Source: Microcystaceae cyanobacterium (GTDB lineage: Bacteria; Cyanobacteriota; Cyanobacteriia; Cyanobacteriales; Microcystaceae). From it: a DNA stretch of 64,000 nt. The notes below the pieces were generated by a model that was given only the letters and a program-made list of their open reading frames with translations, searched no databases and was not told the origin of the DNA. Within the stretch, counting starts at the first letter, position 1, and each line of letters begins with the position of its first letter. The stretch lies in assembly GCA_041746575.1 (NCBI GenBank), contig JBGTGT010000028.1, forward strand, positions 20,523 to 84,522, written 5' to 3'. Made by a program: the position numbers and the translations under genes. This document shows, in pieces, positions 1-8,894 of the stretch.

Positions 1-1
1 T

Positions 2-1159
2 AGAAGATAAGTCGCCGTCGATTAATTTTTGCATAAAATATTTTTCACCCCATTGCCAATTAATAATCAAATCTTTAGTCAAAAAGCTTGCCACAATCAT
101 GCGACAACGGTTGTGCATCCATCCAATTTCGTTCAACTGTCTCATCGCGGCATCTACGATTGGGTATCCCGTTTTTCCTTGGCACCATGCTTGAAAATCA
201 TCTTCATTATTTTCCCAAGGGAAATCGTGGAATTCTTCTCGATAGGCTCCTTCTGCTAATTCAGGAAAAAAAGATAAACAATGTTGATAAAATTCTCGCC
301 ACGCTAACTCTTGTTGCCAAGTTTCAATGCTTTTTTTTCCTTCATCACTGCGACTCTCTTTTTTCGCTTCTACTGTCGCTTGCCAGAGGGTTCTAATGCC
401 GATTGTACCGAATTTTAGGGCGGCACTCAGTTGAGAAGTTCCATCAATAAATGGGATATTACGTTGTTCTTGATAGTCATTAATGGCCGATTCTAAGAAA
501 TAATCTAAACGAGCTTGAGCAGACTGTTCTCCTGCTTCTAAAATAAGAGGATTATCCCAATTAAAACCAAGCTCAGCCAGTGTCGGTAATTTAATTGGGT
601 TACAGGTTGTGATGGCATCTTGTTCTGCGTCTGTTAAAGGTTCTAATTTTTTTAAAGAAGTCCCTATTTTTGCTTTGGGTTGTTGACTCCAATTTTTCCA
701 AAAAGGTGTATAAACTTTATAGGGTTCATCGGAGGTTTTGGTGAGAATATCCCCCGGTGCATGAAGTAATTGATCCCAAAAGGTTTGAGTGTCAATACCC
801 TTTTCTTTTAAGCTTTCCTGAACCTGTTTATCCCGTTCTTTGGCATAGGGTTCGACGTCTAAGTTCCACATTACGGTAGTTGCCTTGATCTTTTCTGCTA
901 AAGTCGGAATCATTTGACTCGGTTGACCTTGTAGAAAGAATAAATCGCTCCCTAGTTTTTGATAGCTTTCTTTTAAGAATTTGAGTGATCCTAGTAAATA
1001 ACTAACCCTTGCCGGAGCAATATCATCCCTTGTTAAAATTGCTGGATCAAAACAAAAAATACCAATAATTTTCTGGCTTTTACGATAGGCATTTGCTAAC
1101 CCAATATTATCGATTACTCGCAAATCTCGCCGATGCCAAAATAAAATTAAATTACTCAT
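2..1159 (-). CDS. phrA: Deoxyribodipyrimidine photolyase (class I CPD photolyase family), 3' end runs off the window
   Basis: Not in ORF track. Manual translation from ATG at 1159 gives MSNLILFWHRRDLRVIDN..., then GTSQLSAALKFG, WQQELAWREFY, GKTGYPIVDAAMRQL and GWMHNRCRMIVASFLTKDL (photolyase FAD-binding motifs). Confidence 0.93.
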   Translation of the reverse strand, partial: MSNLILFWHRRDLRVIDNIGLANAYRKSQKIIGIFCFDPAILTRDDIAPARVSYLLGSLKFLKESYQKLGSDLFFLQGQPSQMIPTLAEKIKATTVMWNLDVEPYAKERDKQVQESLKEKGIDTQTFWDQLLHAPGDILTKTSDEPYKVYTPFWKNWSQQPKAKIGTSLKKLEPLTDAEQDAITTCNPIKLPTLAELGFNWDNPLILEAGEQSAQARLDYFLESAINDYQEQRNIPFIDGTSQLSAALKFGTIGIRTLWQATVEAKKESRSDEGKKSIETWQQELAWREFYQHCLSFFPELAEGAYREEFHDFPWENNEDDFQAWCQGKTGYPIVDAAMRQLNEIGWMHNRCRMIVASFLTKDLIINWQWGEKYFMQKLIDGDLSS

Positions 1160-1265
1160 TTTTAAGTCCTTTTTGGTAGATAGATTACAGTAAATCAACA
1201 ATTGATAAATAAGGTAAAATCTCTTAAGTCTTTTCGGGTGTTTTTTGCTTTTTTACATCAGCAAT

Positions 1266-1820
1266 TTATGGATTATTTAACCAGAGCTTAGCCATAAAAT
1301 AACTGGTAATGGATTTGGCATCAATTGCCTCACCGTCCATAATGGCTTGCTCAAATTCTGCGAAACTCATTAAAATAACCTCAATATCTTCGTCCTCGTC
1401 TTGTTGAGGGGGATTTTCTAACTTTTCTAAGTCTTGTGCCACAAACGCATAAATATATTCATCTGAATATCCGGGAGCTAAAGGAAATTTGCCTAAATTG
1501 TGCCATTGGTTACCTCTATAACCCGTTTCTTCTTCTAATTCTCGCTTAATCGTTACAGCAGGCTCTTCTGTTATCTCAACCGTCCCTGCAGGAAATTCTA
1601 ACAAACGACCTTCCACCGCAAAGCGATATTGACGCACTAAAACCAGTTTACCCTCTGGTGTAATCGGAACAGCTAATGCGCCCCCCGGATGACGAATACA
1701 CTCCCAGTTACCCGTTGCTCCATTGGGAAGACGTAGGGTGTTGACATCAAAGTTGAATTTGCGTCCTTTATAAAAAAGACGATGCTCTAAAATTTGAGGC
1801 GGTTCTTGACGTGAGGACAT
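1266..1820 (-). CDS. NUDIX hydrolase (ADP-ribose pyrophosphatase-like)
   Basis: Nudix box in LEFPAGTVE...KRELEEETGY; VRQYR and QDEDEDIEV motifs. Confidence 0.9.
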   Translation of the reverse strand: MSSRQEPPQILEHRLFYKGRKFNFDVNTLRLPNGATGNWECIRHPGGALAVPITPEGKLVLVRQYRFAVEGRLLEFPAGTVEITEEPAVTIKRELEEETGYRGNQWHNLGKFPLAPGYSDEYIYAFVAQDLEKLENPPQQDEDEDIEVILMSFAEFEQAIMDGEAIDAKSITSYFMAKLWLNNP

Positions 1821-2034
1821 TTTATGAGAGTTTATAGCTTAATAGTGTTTGGGAAGCTTCAGCTTTCAGTAATTATTCTAGCGCATTGCATTATTGGCTG
1901 AAACCATCCCTTTGAGACAAAATTAATGAAAAAATGACGGTGTTTTTGCTTGAATCCTCCACCCTTCTCTTCTTACTTTTTGGATTGACTTAAGCTTCTT
2001 TTTAAGACTGTAGTACAAAGAACAGAAAATTGAC

Positions 2035-2256
2035 TTAATCGGGGAGATAGTCAGCATTTAATACTTTCTGTAGAATCGTGAAAGGACAATCTTTAGGAAA
2101 AGTATCTATTACTAATCCCGCCTCATCTTCCGCTAACTCTCTAGCCGCTTAATAGCATTGATTAAATATTGTCAGAAAGTAAGATTTTAAACTAGGACTG
2201 TTATTAAAACTATTTCTAATTCTTTTCTGATGTTCAACCATAGAGTTTTTCTAGCT
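2035..2256 (-). pseudogene. DUF29-family protein remnant (C-terminal half, two in-frame stops)
   Basis: Manual translation S*KNSMVEHQKRIRNSFNNSPSLKSYFLTIFNQCY*AARELAEDEAGLVIDTFPKDCPFTILQKVLNADYLPD* matches the DUF29 pattern SW..SI.EHR.RI...SPSLK.Y...CY..AR.LA..E.GL...FP..CPF. Stops at 2251-2253 and 2149-2151. Confidence 0.8.
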
Positions 2257-2309
2257 ATAAAAAGGACAATATAACCCTCAACAAGATTTAAGGAAGCGAT
2301 ATAACTGCC

Positions 2310-4631
2310 CTAATTAGCGCAAGCCGTACAGCCGCTACTCTCTTTAAAGTTATCCTTTTGCACAGTACGAATATAATAAATCGCCTTACACCCTTCGCGC
2401 CACGATAACATCAAGGTTTCAAAGATATCCTTTGCATTTAGGCATCTTTCCGGTTCATCGGGGAAGTAAACGCCTTCATTTAAATTGAAGAGCAATTCCA
2501 TTGAAATCCCTGTATCAATCCAGTTTTGCATTGCCGCGACCGCGTCAACTACCGTATTTTGATCCATGTTCTTATTCTCCCGATAAAACCAGTAGCTGTC
2601 CTGTACAAAGGGCGGTGCAATGGGGACAGTCCCTTTTGCCCATTTATCATAGAAGAAGCGGCTATAAGTGGGTAGAATACTGGCAGTACAACCCTGTACT
2701 AAGGATGAGGAGGTATTGGGGGCGATCGCCGTAATATGAGAGTTGCGAATGCCGTAATGCTGAATATCCTCTGAGAGCTTTTGCCAACGCTCTACCTCAT
2801 AAGCAAACTGTTCATACCACTGCACGGGTTTTGAACCAATTAAGTTGCCTTTACTCCACTCACTGCCGGTAAAGGCAGGATACGCCCCTCTTTCCTTGGC
2901 GAGTTCCATTGAGGTGTGGGTACACCAGTAACCGATGTCTTCAAATAGGATGTTAATGGCGGCTAAGTCAGCATAATTTAGCCGGCGCAGGGCAAGATAA
3001 TCAGCAAGTCCCATGACACCCACCCCAATCGTACGATAACGGTTGTTATGGGCTTGGGCATCCTCAAAAGGGGGATGAGTGATGGCAATCGTATTATCGA
3101 GAATTCTGACGGCAATTTGCGCAACTTCTGGGATTTCTGAGCGGTCTAAGTTCGCTAAATTCAGGGAAACGAGATTACAGCAATGGGCGTAGGTATTGGG
3201 TGTAACATTACTGAAGCTCTCCGTGCATAAATTGACTTGGGGGATATACCCATCATGTTGATTGGGATTGGCTCGGTTGATGGTGTCTTTAAACGCGAGA
3301 TAGGGCATCCCTGTTTCAACCTGCGCCCGCATAATCGTCTTGAATAGGTCACGGGCGTTTATTTGCTGGTAAAGGGTGATTTTTTGACCAATTTCTGTTT
3401 CAATTTGTTGATAAGCTTCTTCAAACTTAGTCCCCCATAAAGAAGCGAGATCGATGCCTAGTTTTTGTTGCACTTCGTAGGGATCCACTAGTGTCCACAT
3501 CTCTTTATTCTGCACCCTACGCATGAATTCATCGGTTAGAATCAGTTGAGGAAAAATATCATAAGCTTTACGTCGTTGGTCGCCGTTTTCTGTTTGCATT
3601 TCTAAGAATTCGGGGACATCCAAGTGCCAAATATCTAAGCCAATAGTGACAGCCCCCGCTCTTTTGCCCCCTTGATTGACGGCGATCGCAGTGTCATTGA
3701 GCAACTTAATCCAAGGAATCACCCCACCGGAGGCGTTGGTTTTTTGCATCACCCAGCTACCGGTTGCGCGAATGCGACTGACATTGACGCCAACGCCACC
3801 CCCATTCTTAGAAATCCGTGCGGTGTTGCTGATTTCCCTAAAAATGCTCTCTAAATTGTCATCCATCGCCACGATAAAGCAGGAGGTTAAAGAGCCGTTG
3901 GGGACTCTTAAGTTGGCTAGGATGGGGGTGGCAAGGGATATCTGACGTTGGGCGATCGCATTGTAGAATTTTCTGGCCACTTTGAGACGATTTTCGGGTT
4001 CTTCGGGTAACGCCAGCAACAAGGCGCAGGTTAAAAAAGCTTCTTGAGGTAATTCATCTTTGAGTAGGTAACGACTGGTGAGTAACACAGCCCCTGCATA
4101 GTCGTAATCGGTATCCCAGTCAGGGTTAATCCAAGTTCCGGCTTCTGTGAGTTCCGCCTTATTGTAGGCTAGTAGGCGTTCGTCATACTGCAAGCACTCG
4201 ATTTTCTGCTGTACCATTTCACTGTAGTTTCCGTACTGGTATCCCCGTGAAACGAGTGTGTCTTTCCATAAGCTCCAGATATGAAGTCTTCCTGAAACAT
4301 AACGCCAGTCGGGTTCTTCTAAGCTACACATTTCTAATGCACAGTTAATTAAGTTGTCCTGAATCTCTCGGGTGGTGATTCCGTCGCGCAAGCGGGTGGT
4401 TAGCCCTGCTTCTAAGGCGATTCCATTCACCTGATACCCTTGGCATGCCCAACTGACCACATCCCTAATTTTACTAATGTTCAAGCCTGTTTTTGAGCCA
4501 TCGCGCCGAATGACTTCAATTTTATGGTGTTGCATAACCGAGTAGGGGTGACTTCCTTCGAGCATGACGGTAGAGCTTGAGGAAGGGTTGCTATAGGGCG
4601 TCAGTAAAGAGGTCGAAAGGGTGGGTTGCAT
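2310..4631 (-). CDS. nrdA: Ribonucleoside-diphosphate reductase alpha subunit (class I) with N-terminal ATP cone
   Basis: VIRRDG ATP-cone start, LTSCF, NLCTE active-site motif, IAPNTSSS, AIYYIRT tyrosine pair, C-terminal CTAC. Confidence 0.93.
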   Translation of the reverse strand: MQPTLSTSLLTPYSNPSSSSTVMLEGSHPYSVMQHHKIEVIRRDGSKTGLNISKIRDVVSWACQGYQVNGIALEAGLTTRLRDGITTREIQDNLINCALEMCSLEEPDWRYVSGRLHIWSLWKDTLVSRGYQYGNYSEMVQQKIECLQYDERLLAYNKAELTEAGTWINPDWDTDYDYAGAVLLTSRYLLKDELPQEAFLTCALLLALPEEPENRLKVARKFYNAIAQRQISLATPILANLRVPNGSLTSCFIVAMDDNLESIFREISNTARISKNGGGVGVNVSRIRATGSWVMQKTNASGGVIPWIKLLNDTAIAVNQGGKRAGAVTIGLDIWHLDVPEFLEMQTENGDQRRKAYDIFPQLILTDEFMRRVQNKEMWTLVDPYEVQQKLGIDLASLWGTKFEEAYQQIETEIGQKITLYQQINARDLFKTIMRAQVETGMPYLAFKDTINRANPNQHDGYIPQVNLCTESFSNVTPNTYAHCCNLVSLNLANLDRSEIPEVAQIAVRILDNTIAITHPPFEDAQAHNNRYRTIGVGVMGLADYLALRRLNYADLAAINILFEDIGYWCTHTSMELAKERGAYPAFTGSEWSKGNLIGSKPVQWYEQFAYEVERWQKLSEDIQHYGIRNSHITAIAPNTSSSLVQGCTASILPTYSRFFYDKWAKGTVPIAPPFVQDSYWFYRENKNMDQNTVVDAVAAMQNWIDTGISMELLFNLNEGVYFPDEPERCLNAKDIFETLMLSWREGCKAIYYIRTVQKDNFKESSGCTACAN

Positions 4632-4664
4632 AGGTCACTTTTTAAGCTTTCCACTTTAGGTTAT

Positions 4665-4712
4665 ACCACAGATATGGGGGCTAGGTGAAAAATTTAACGC
4701 CATATCTAGATT
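4665..4712. promoter_or_regulatory. Tandem NrdR boxes upstream of nrdA
   Basis: ACCACAGATATGGGGG (4665-4680) and ACGCCATATCTAGATT (4697-4712) resemble the NrdR consensus acaCwAtATaTwGtgt. They start 32 bp apart and lie 34-81 bp upstream of nrdA. Confidence 0.72.
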
Positions 4713-4894
4713 ATTGAGCAGTATTTTAGTTCTTATTCAAGGAGAAGGGTTCAACCCCTATCTTTTGAAAAGAAAGGGGATACAATTAGAATAAAATAGC
4801 ATTTCCATCGGATGTGTTATCTTTAAACCTCAGTAGCGGTGGTTTGAGACACTCAGCTTGATGTCCAGCAATTAGATTAGAGCCTTTAATATAT

Positions 4895-6556
4895 ATGACC
4901 CATCTTCCTCCGACGACGCAACGCCGACTTCAACAACTGCCTCAAATTCCCAGTGTTTGGGAAGGAGATCGTCGTCCCATTGCCCATACCCAGTATTCAG
5001 GGGAAGAAACCGACACTCACGAGGGAGAATGTATTATTTGGGTGGATGGTTCAGAAGGGTTAGTCCGCTCAATGGATATTGTTTCCCCAGAAACGGGCAT
5101 GGAAGCCGTTGTGCGCACCCTTATTCGGGCGATGGAAACCCCTCACAGTCCGGGGCAACCGGGTCGTCCTCAGAAGATTGTCGTGCGAAATCGAGAAATC
5201 CAGTTTTTTTTGCGAGGGGCGTTGCAAAATTTAGAAATTGCCATTGATTATGTACCAGAATTGCCGATTATAGACGAGTTATTCCGCAGTTTTCAAGCTG
5301 TTAATCAATCCCGTCCCCCTGCCCTTCCTTCAGTCTGTGCGCCATTATTGAACAAATTGGCGACTCATCTTTGGAATCTTGCCCCTTGGGATGAGTTAGC
5401 CGATTATGACATCATTGCGATTTGTCTCAATCACAAAGGAGTCAACACCCTTTATGCTTGTGTGATGGGCATGATGGATCAAGAATATGGGATTATTTTT
5501 TATCGGTCGTTGGAGTCTCTAGAACAGTTTCGGACAGCCGCCTTAGCCCAAAAAGTTACAGAAGACCTTGAACAGGCGTTTTTGAGCCAAGATTGTTGGT
5601 TTTTAAACTATGAAGCCCCAGACGGATTAGAAGATGAGTTAGAAAGCCTGAGGGAGTTATCGGAAGAAGAAGTTCAAATTGTATTTGGTAGTATTCATCC
5701 TTATGAAGGAATTCGCCCCTTTATTGACGAAGAAGAAGGAAAAACCCTCTGCTATGCCTTAGATGGGTTCTTAAAGTTTGTGGAAGATCACCAAGAGGCT
5801 TTAGGCGAAGATCCCGTTGATGAGATCGCAGAAAGCTATCATCTTCGACATTTTCCCGATTTTCATACCAGTCCCACCTTAAAAGTAGATGTTTCCACCT
5901 TACCTGATCTGGCAAGCCGCTTATTGGATATGATGGATATGGCAGAAGACAGTTCCCTGACGGATTTTGAGCGTCTTAAACTGCCGATTCGCGATGATTT
6001 GATTCCAGAGAACGCTTTTTTAAGCTTAGGGATGATGCCATGGGAGGTGATGCAGGATTTACAAAAAAGTCGCAAAACCTATTATCAATCTTTAGGCGTT
6101 TTAGCAGAGCAACCGAATAACAGTAAGAAGACGAGCCTAAACGAAGGAATGCCCGTTATTTTGGTACAAACCTCCCGTCCCAAGGCAAAAAAACTGATTG
6201 ATACCCTAATCTCTGCCGGAGGGGTTAAAGGAATTTGCTTCAATCCAGGTCAAGATCCCTTATCAGAAATTGACTATGATTTAGGCATTTTACAGGTCGA
6301 AAAAGGCGATTTATTTATTTTTGGCGAATTTATGAAGGAAGATCCCAAGCATATTGAAGCACGCCGCAAATGGGATCACCGTTGTCAAGCGACAAAAGGA
6401 TTTTGTGCCTTAATTATTGCCATGGGTGTAACGGGGAATTCTCGCGGAAATCCCAGATTAGCGGATATGTTAGCGGTTTTTGAAGCAGAAGCCTTGGATA
6501 TGAAAGGGTTAGCGATTGGTGTTTTGCAACTGATGCCCACTCAAACCAGTGATTAG
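4895..6556 (+). CDS. Conserved cyanobacterial hypothetical protein (DUF6930-like)
   Basis: 553-aa ORF. The N-terminal LQQLPQIPSVWEGDRRP and RPQKIVVRNREIQFFLRG segments are typical of this family. Confidence 0.65.
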   Translation: MTHLPPTTQRRLQQLPQIPSVWEGDRRPIAHTQYSGEETDTHEGECIIWVDGSEGLVRSMDIVSPETGMEAVVRTLIRAMETPHSPGQPGRPQKIVVRNREIQFFLRGALQNLEIAIDYVPELPIIDELFRSFQAVNQSRPPALPSVCAPLLNKLATHLWNLAPWDELADYDIIAICLNHKGVNTLYACVMGMMDQEYGIIFYRSLESLEQFRTAALAQKVTEDLEQAFLSQDCWFLNYEAPDGLEDELESLRELSEEEVQIVFGSIHPYEGIRPFIDEEEGKTLCYALDGFLKFVEDHQEALGEDPVDEIAESYHLRHFPDFHTSPTLKVDVSTLPDLASRLLDMMDMAEDSSLTDFERLKLPIRDDLIPENAFLSLGMMPWEVMQDLQKSRKTYYQSLGVLAEQPNNSKKTSLNEGMPVILVQTSRPKAKKLIDTLISAGGVKGICFNPGQDPLSEIDYDLGILQVEKGDLFIFGEFMKEDPKHIEARRKWDHRCQATKGFCALIIAMGVTGNSRGNPRLADMLAVFEAEALDMKGLAIGVLQLMPTQTSD

Positions 6557-6622
6557 TTAATAGAAATCAGCAAGGGGTATGAAGATTAATTTTAAGCGTT
6601 TTTGGTTCCATTATCTATTAAG

Positions 6623-6658
6623 TAGGATAAATCTGACTCCGTCTCTGAATTTATCCTA
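6623..6658. terminator. Inverted repeat between convergent genes (possible terminator)
   Basis: Perfect 10-bp arms TAGGATAAAT / ATTTATCCTA with a 16-nt loop; AT-rich, so a weak stem. Confidence 0.35.
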
Positions 6659-6687
6659 AAAACCCTTAAATTTGCCTAATCCTGCTC

Positions 6688-7410
6688 TCAGGTATGATGG
6701 GCGCCGTTCACCCGTAAAACTTCCCCTGTAACATAACTACTCGCCACGGGAGACAATAAAAACGCCACAGCCCAAGCAATTTCTTCTGGCTTACCAAAGC
6801 GACGAAAGGGAATTTCTGCCGTAATTTTGTCTCGTACTTTTTCAGGAATTGCTAACGTCATTTCGGTGTCAATAAACCCCGGCGCAACCGCATTGGCACG
6901 CACATTATAACGCGCCCCTTCCCGCGCTAAAGATTTCATCATCCCAATCACTCCTGCCTTGGTAGCAGAATAGTTGGTTTGTCCTAAGTTTCCCCGTTCT
7001 CCAGAAATGGAACTAATCGCTACCACTGAACCTGCTTGCTGTTCGTACATTCCTTCAATAAAAGGCTTAATACTATAGGCAACTCCTTTAAGGTTGACAT
7101 TCAAGACCAAATCCCAATCTTGCGGCGTTAATTTAGCAAAAAAGTTATCCCGCGTAATGCCCGCATTAGCAACAACCCCATAAACCGTTCCCAATTTTTC
7201 GGTAATTTCTTTGGCCGCCGCTTCCATCGAGTCTAAACTCGTAACATCCGCTTGAACACCTAGAATCTCTTCGGAGGTATTATCAACTTGAATATCTGTA
7301 AAGGCAACTTTTGCGCCTAATTCACTCAAAAAATTGACAACTGATGCGCCAATTCCTCGATTACCGCCCGTTACGACAATAACTTTATCTTCTAGTCCTA
7401 AAGAAACCAT
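6688..7410 (-). CDS. phaB: Acetoacetyl-CoA reductase (PHB synthesis, SDR family)
   Basis: TGGNRGIG, ANAGITRD and YSATK motifs. The MVSLGLEDK start gives 240 aa; gene lies directly downstream of the thiolase as in the cyanobacterial phaAB operon. Confidence 0.9.
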   Translation of the reverse strand: MVSLGLEDKVIVVTGGNRGIGASVVNFLSELGAKVAFTDIQVDNTSEEILGVQADVTSLDSMEAAAKEITEKLGTVYGVVANAGITRDNFFAKLTPQDWDLVLNVNLKGVAYSIKPFIEGMYEQQAGSVVAISSISGERGNLGQTNYSATKAGVIGMMKSLAREGARYNVRANAVAPGFIDTEMTLAIPEKVRDKITAEIPFRRFGKPEEIAWAVAFLLSPVASSYVTGEVLRVNGAHHT

Positions 7411-7479
7411 TTTTTCACTCCTGATAAACAATGAATTGTACTGGGTTAGAGCGCAAGTATAGGCACTCTTGATGCGAAA

Positions 7480-8670
7480 CTACACTCTTTCAATCGCTAA
7501 CGCCGTTCCGCCTCCCGTTCCATGGCATAAAGTGGCCATTCCTAGGGTTTTATTCTGTTGTTTGAGAGCATTTAACAAAGTTACGACGATTCTTGCCCCT
7601 GATGCACCAATAGGATGACCCAGTGCGATCGCTCCGCCGTTAATATTGAGAACATCTGCTTCTACGCCCAACAGTTTATTGAATAAGAGGTTACTGATGG
7701 CAAATGCCTCATTATTCTCAAATAAGTCAAAATCAGCGATTTCTTTATTTAATTTTGTCAGTAACTTTTTCGCCGCATAGATAGGGACTTCTGGAAATCG
7801 CCAAGTTTGTCCTCCTGCCCAAGATCCACCAAGAATCTTTGCCATCGGAGATAAGCCATAGCGATCAACAGCTTCCTGACTTGCAAGAATTAAAACGGCT
7901 GAACCGTCCGAAATTTGACTACTATTTCCTGCCGTTAGTACCCCCTCTTGACTGAAGGCGGGACGCAATTTCCCCAGACTTTCTAAGGTAGTATCGCCTC
8001 GAATTCCCTCATCTGTATCAATAACTTGTGTTCCTTTACGGCTTGTAATCTCAATAGGCGCAATTTCATGCTTAAACAGTCCTTTTTCTGTAGCAGAAGC
8101 CGCGCGTTGTTGCGAGTGGCAAGCCACCTCATCCAATGCCTGACGCGTAAAGCCATGTTCGGTAGCCAGACGTTCGGTTTGATCTCCCATGCCTTCCCCT
8201 GTGGTAGCATCCTTTAAACCATCCTCAATCAATAAATCCGTCAAGGGTTCGGGCGCACCCATTAATAATTTATAACCCCAACGAGCGCGATGGGAGAGGA
8301 AAAACCCCGTTTGAGACATGGATTCTGTGCCGCCTGCTAAGACGAGATCCGCTTCTTCAGCACGAATAGCTAAGGTAGCGTTAACAATACTAAGCATGGC
8401 AGAAGAACAGACCATATCCACAGCGTAACCACCTACTGTTTCTGGAATTCCTGCTTTTAAAGCCGCTTGTTTCGGTACTAATTGTCCTAATCCGCCTCGG
8501 AGGACATTGCCCATAATGTACAAGTCTAGGGATTCTCCTGAAAGGCCAGCTTGGGCTAAAGCGGCTTTCATCGCGTGTGCGCCTAAGTCTGCGGCAGATA
8601 GGCCGGATAAACCTCCTCCAAATCGCCCTAATGGGGTGCGAATAGCGGAAACAATATAAACGTCACGCAT
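7480..8670 (-). CDS. phaA: Beta-ketothiolase / acetyl-CoA acetyltransferase
   Basis: VDMVCSS catalytic Cys, NEAF, GGAIALGHPIGASG and LCHGTGGG thiolase signatures. Confidence 0.92.
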   Translation of the reverse strand: MRDVYIVSAIRTPLGRFGGGLSGLSAADLGAHAMKAALAQAGLSGESLDLYIMGNVLRGGLGQLVPKQAALKAGIPETVGGYAVDMVCSSAMLSIVNATLAIRAEEADLVLAGGTESMSQTGFFLSHRARWGYKLLMGAPEPLTDLLIEDGLKDATTGEGMGDQTERLATEHGFTRQALDEVACHSQQRAASATEKGLFKHEIAPIEITSRKGTQVIDTDEGIRGDTTLESLGKLRPAFSQEGVLTAGNSSQISDGSAVLILASQEAVDRYGLSPMAKILGGSWAGGQTWRFPEVPIYAAKKLLTKLNKEIADFDLFENNEAFAISNLLFNKLLGVEADVLNINGGAIALGHPIGASGARIVVTLLNALKQQNKTLGMATLCHGTGGGTALAIERV

Positions 8671-8894
8671 GGTTAATTTTCAGTTTTGATTTTGGATAAA
8701 GAGCATCCTGACGGGGATAAGCTGATTTGCCAATTAAACAGTTGTCTGTCTTTCTGACCGTCGTTTATCTCGCTTAAATTATGCCTGTCAATTTTATTTA
8801 TGCTCTAGAGTTTTGTTTTTTTTTAACAACTAACGTCAGTTGAAGCGAAAAATGTCGGGTGAGACAAAATAACAAAAAACGAGGAACACATTAA

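Noticed and set aside
29..396. Plus-strand ORFs 29-259 and 88-396
   Set aside because: Antisense shadows of the photolyase gene.
2078..2151. Short + strand frame ending ...ANSLAA*, resembling a tmRNA tag
   Set aside because: No tRNA-like ends; it is the antisense of the DUF29 relic.
2310..4631. Intein or intron in nrdA
   Set aside because: Length (773 aa) and continuous motifs leave no room; no splice-junction or homing endonuclease motifs.
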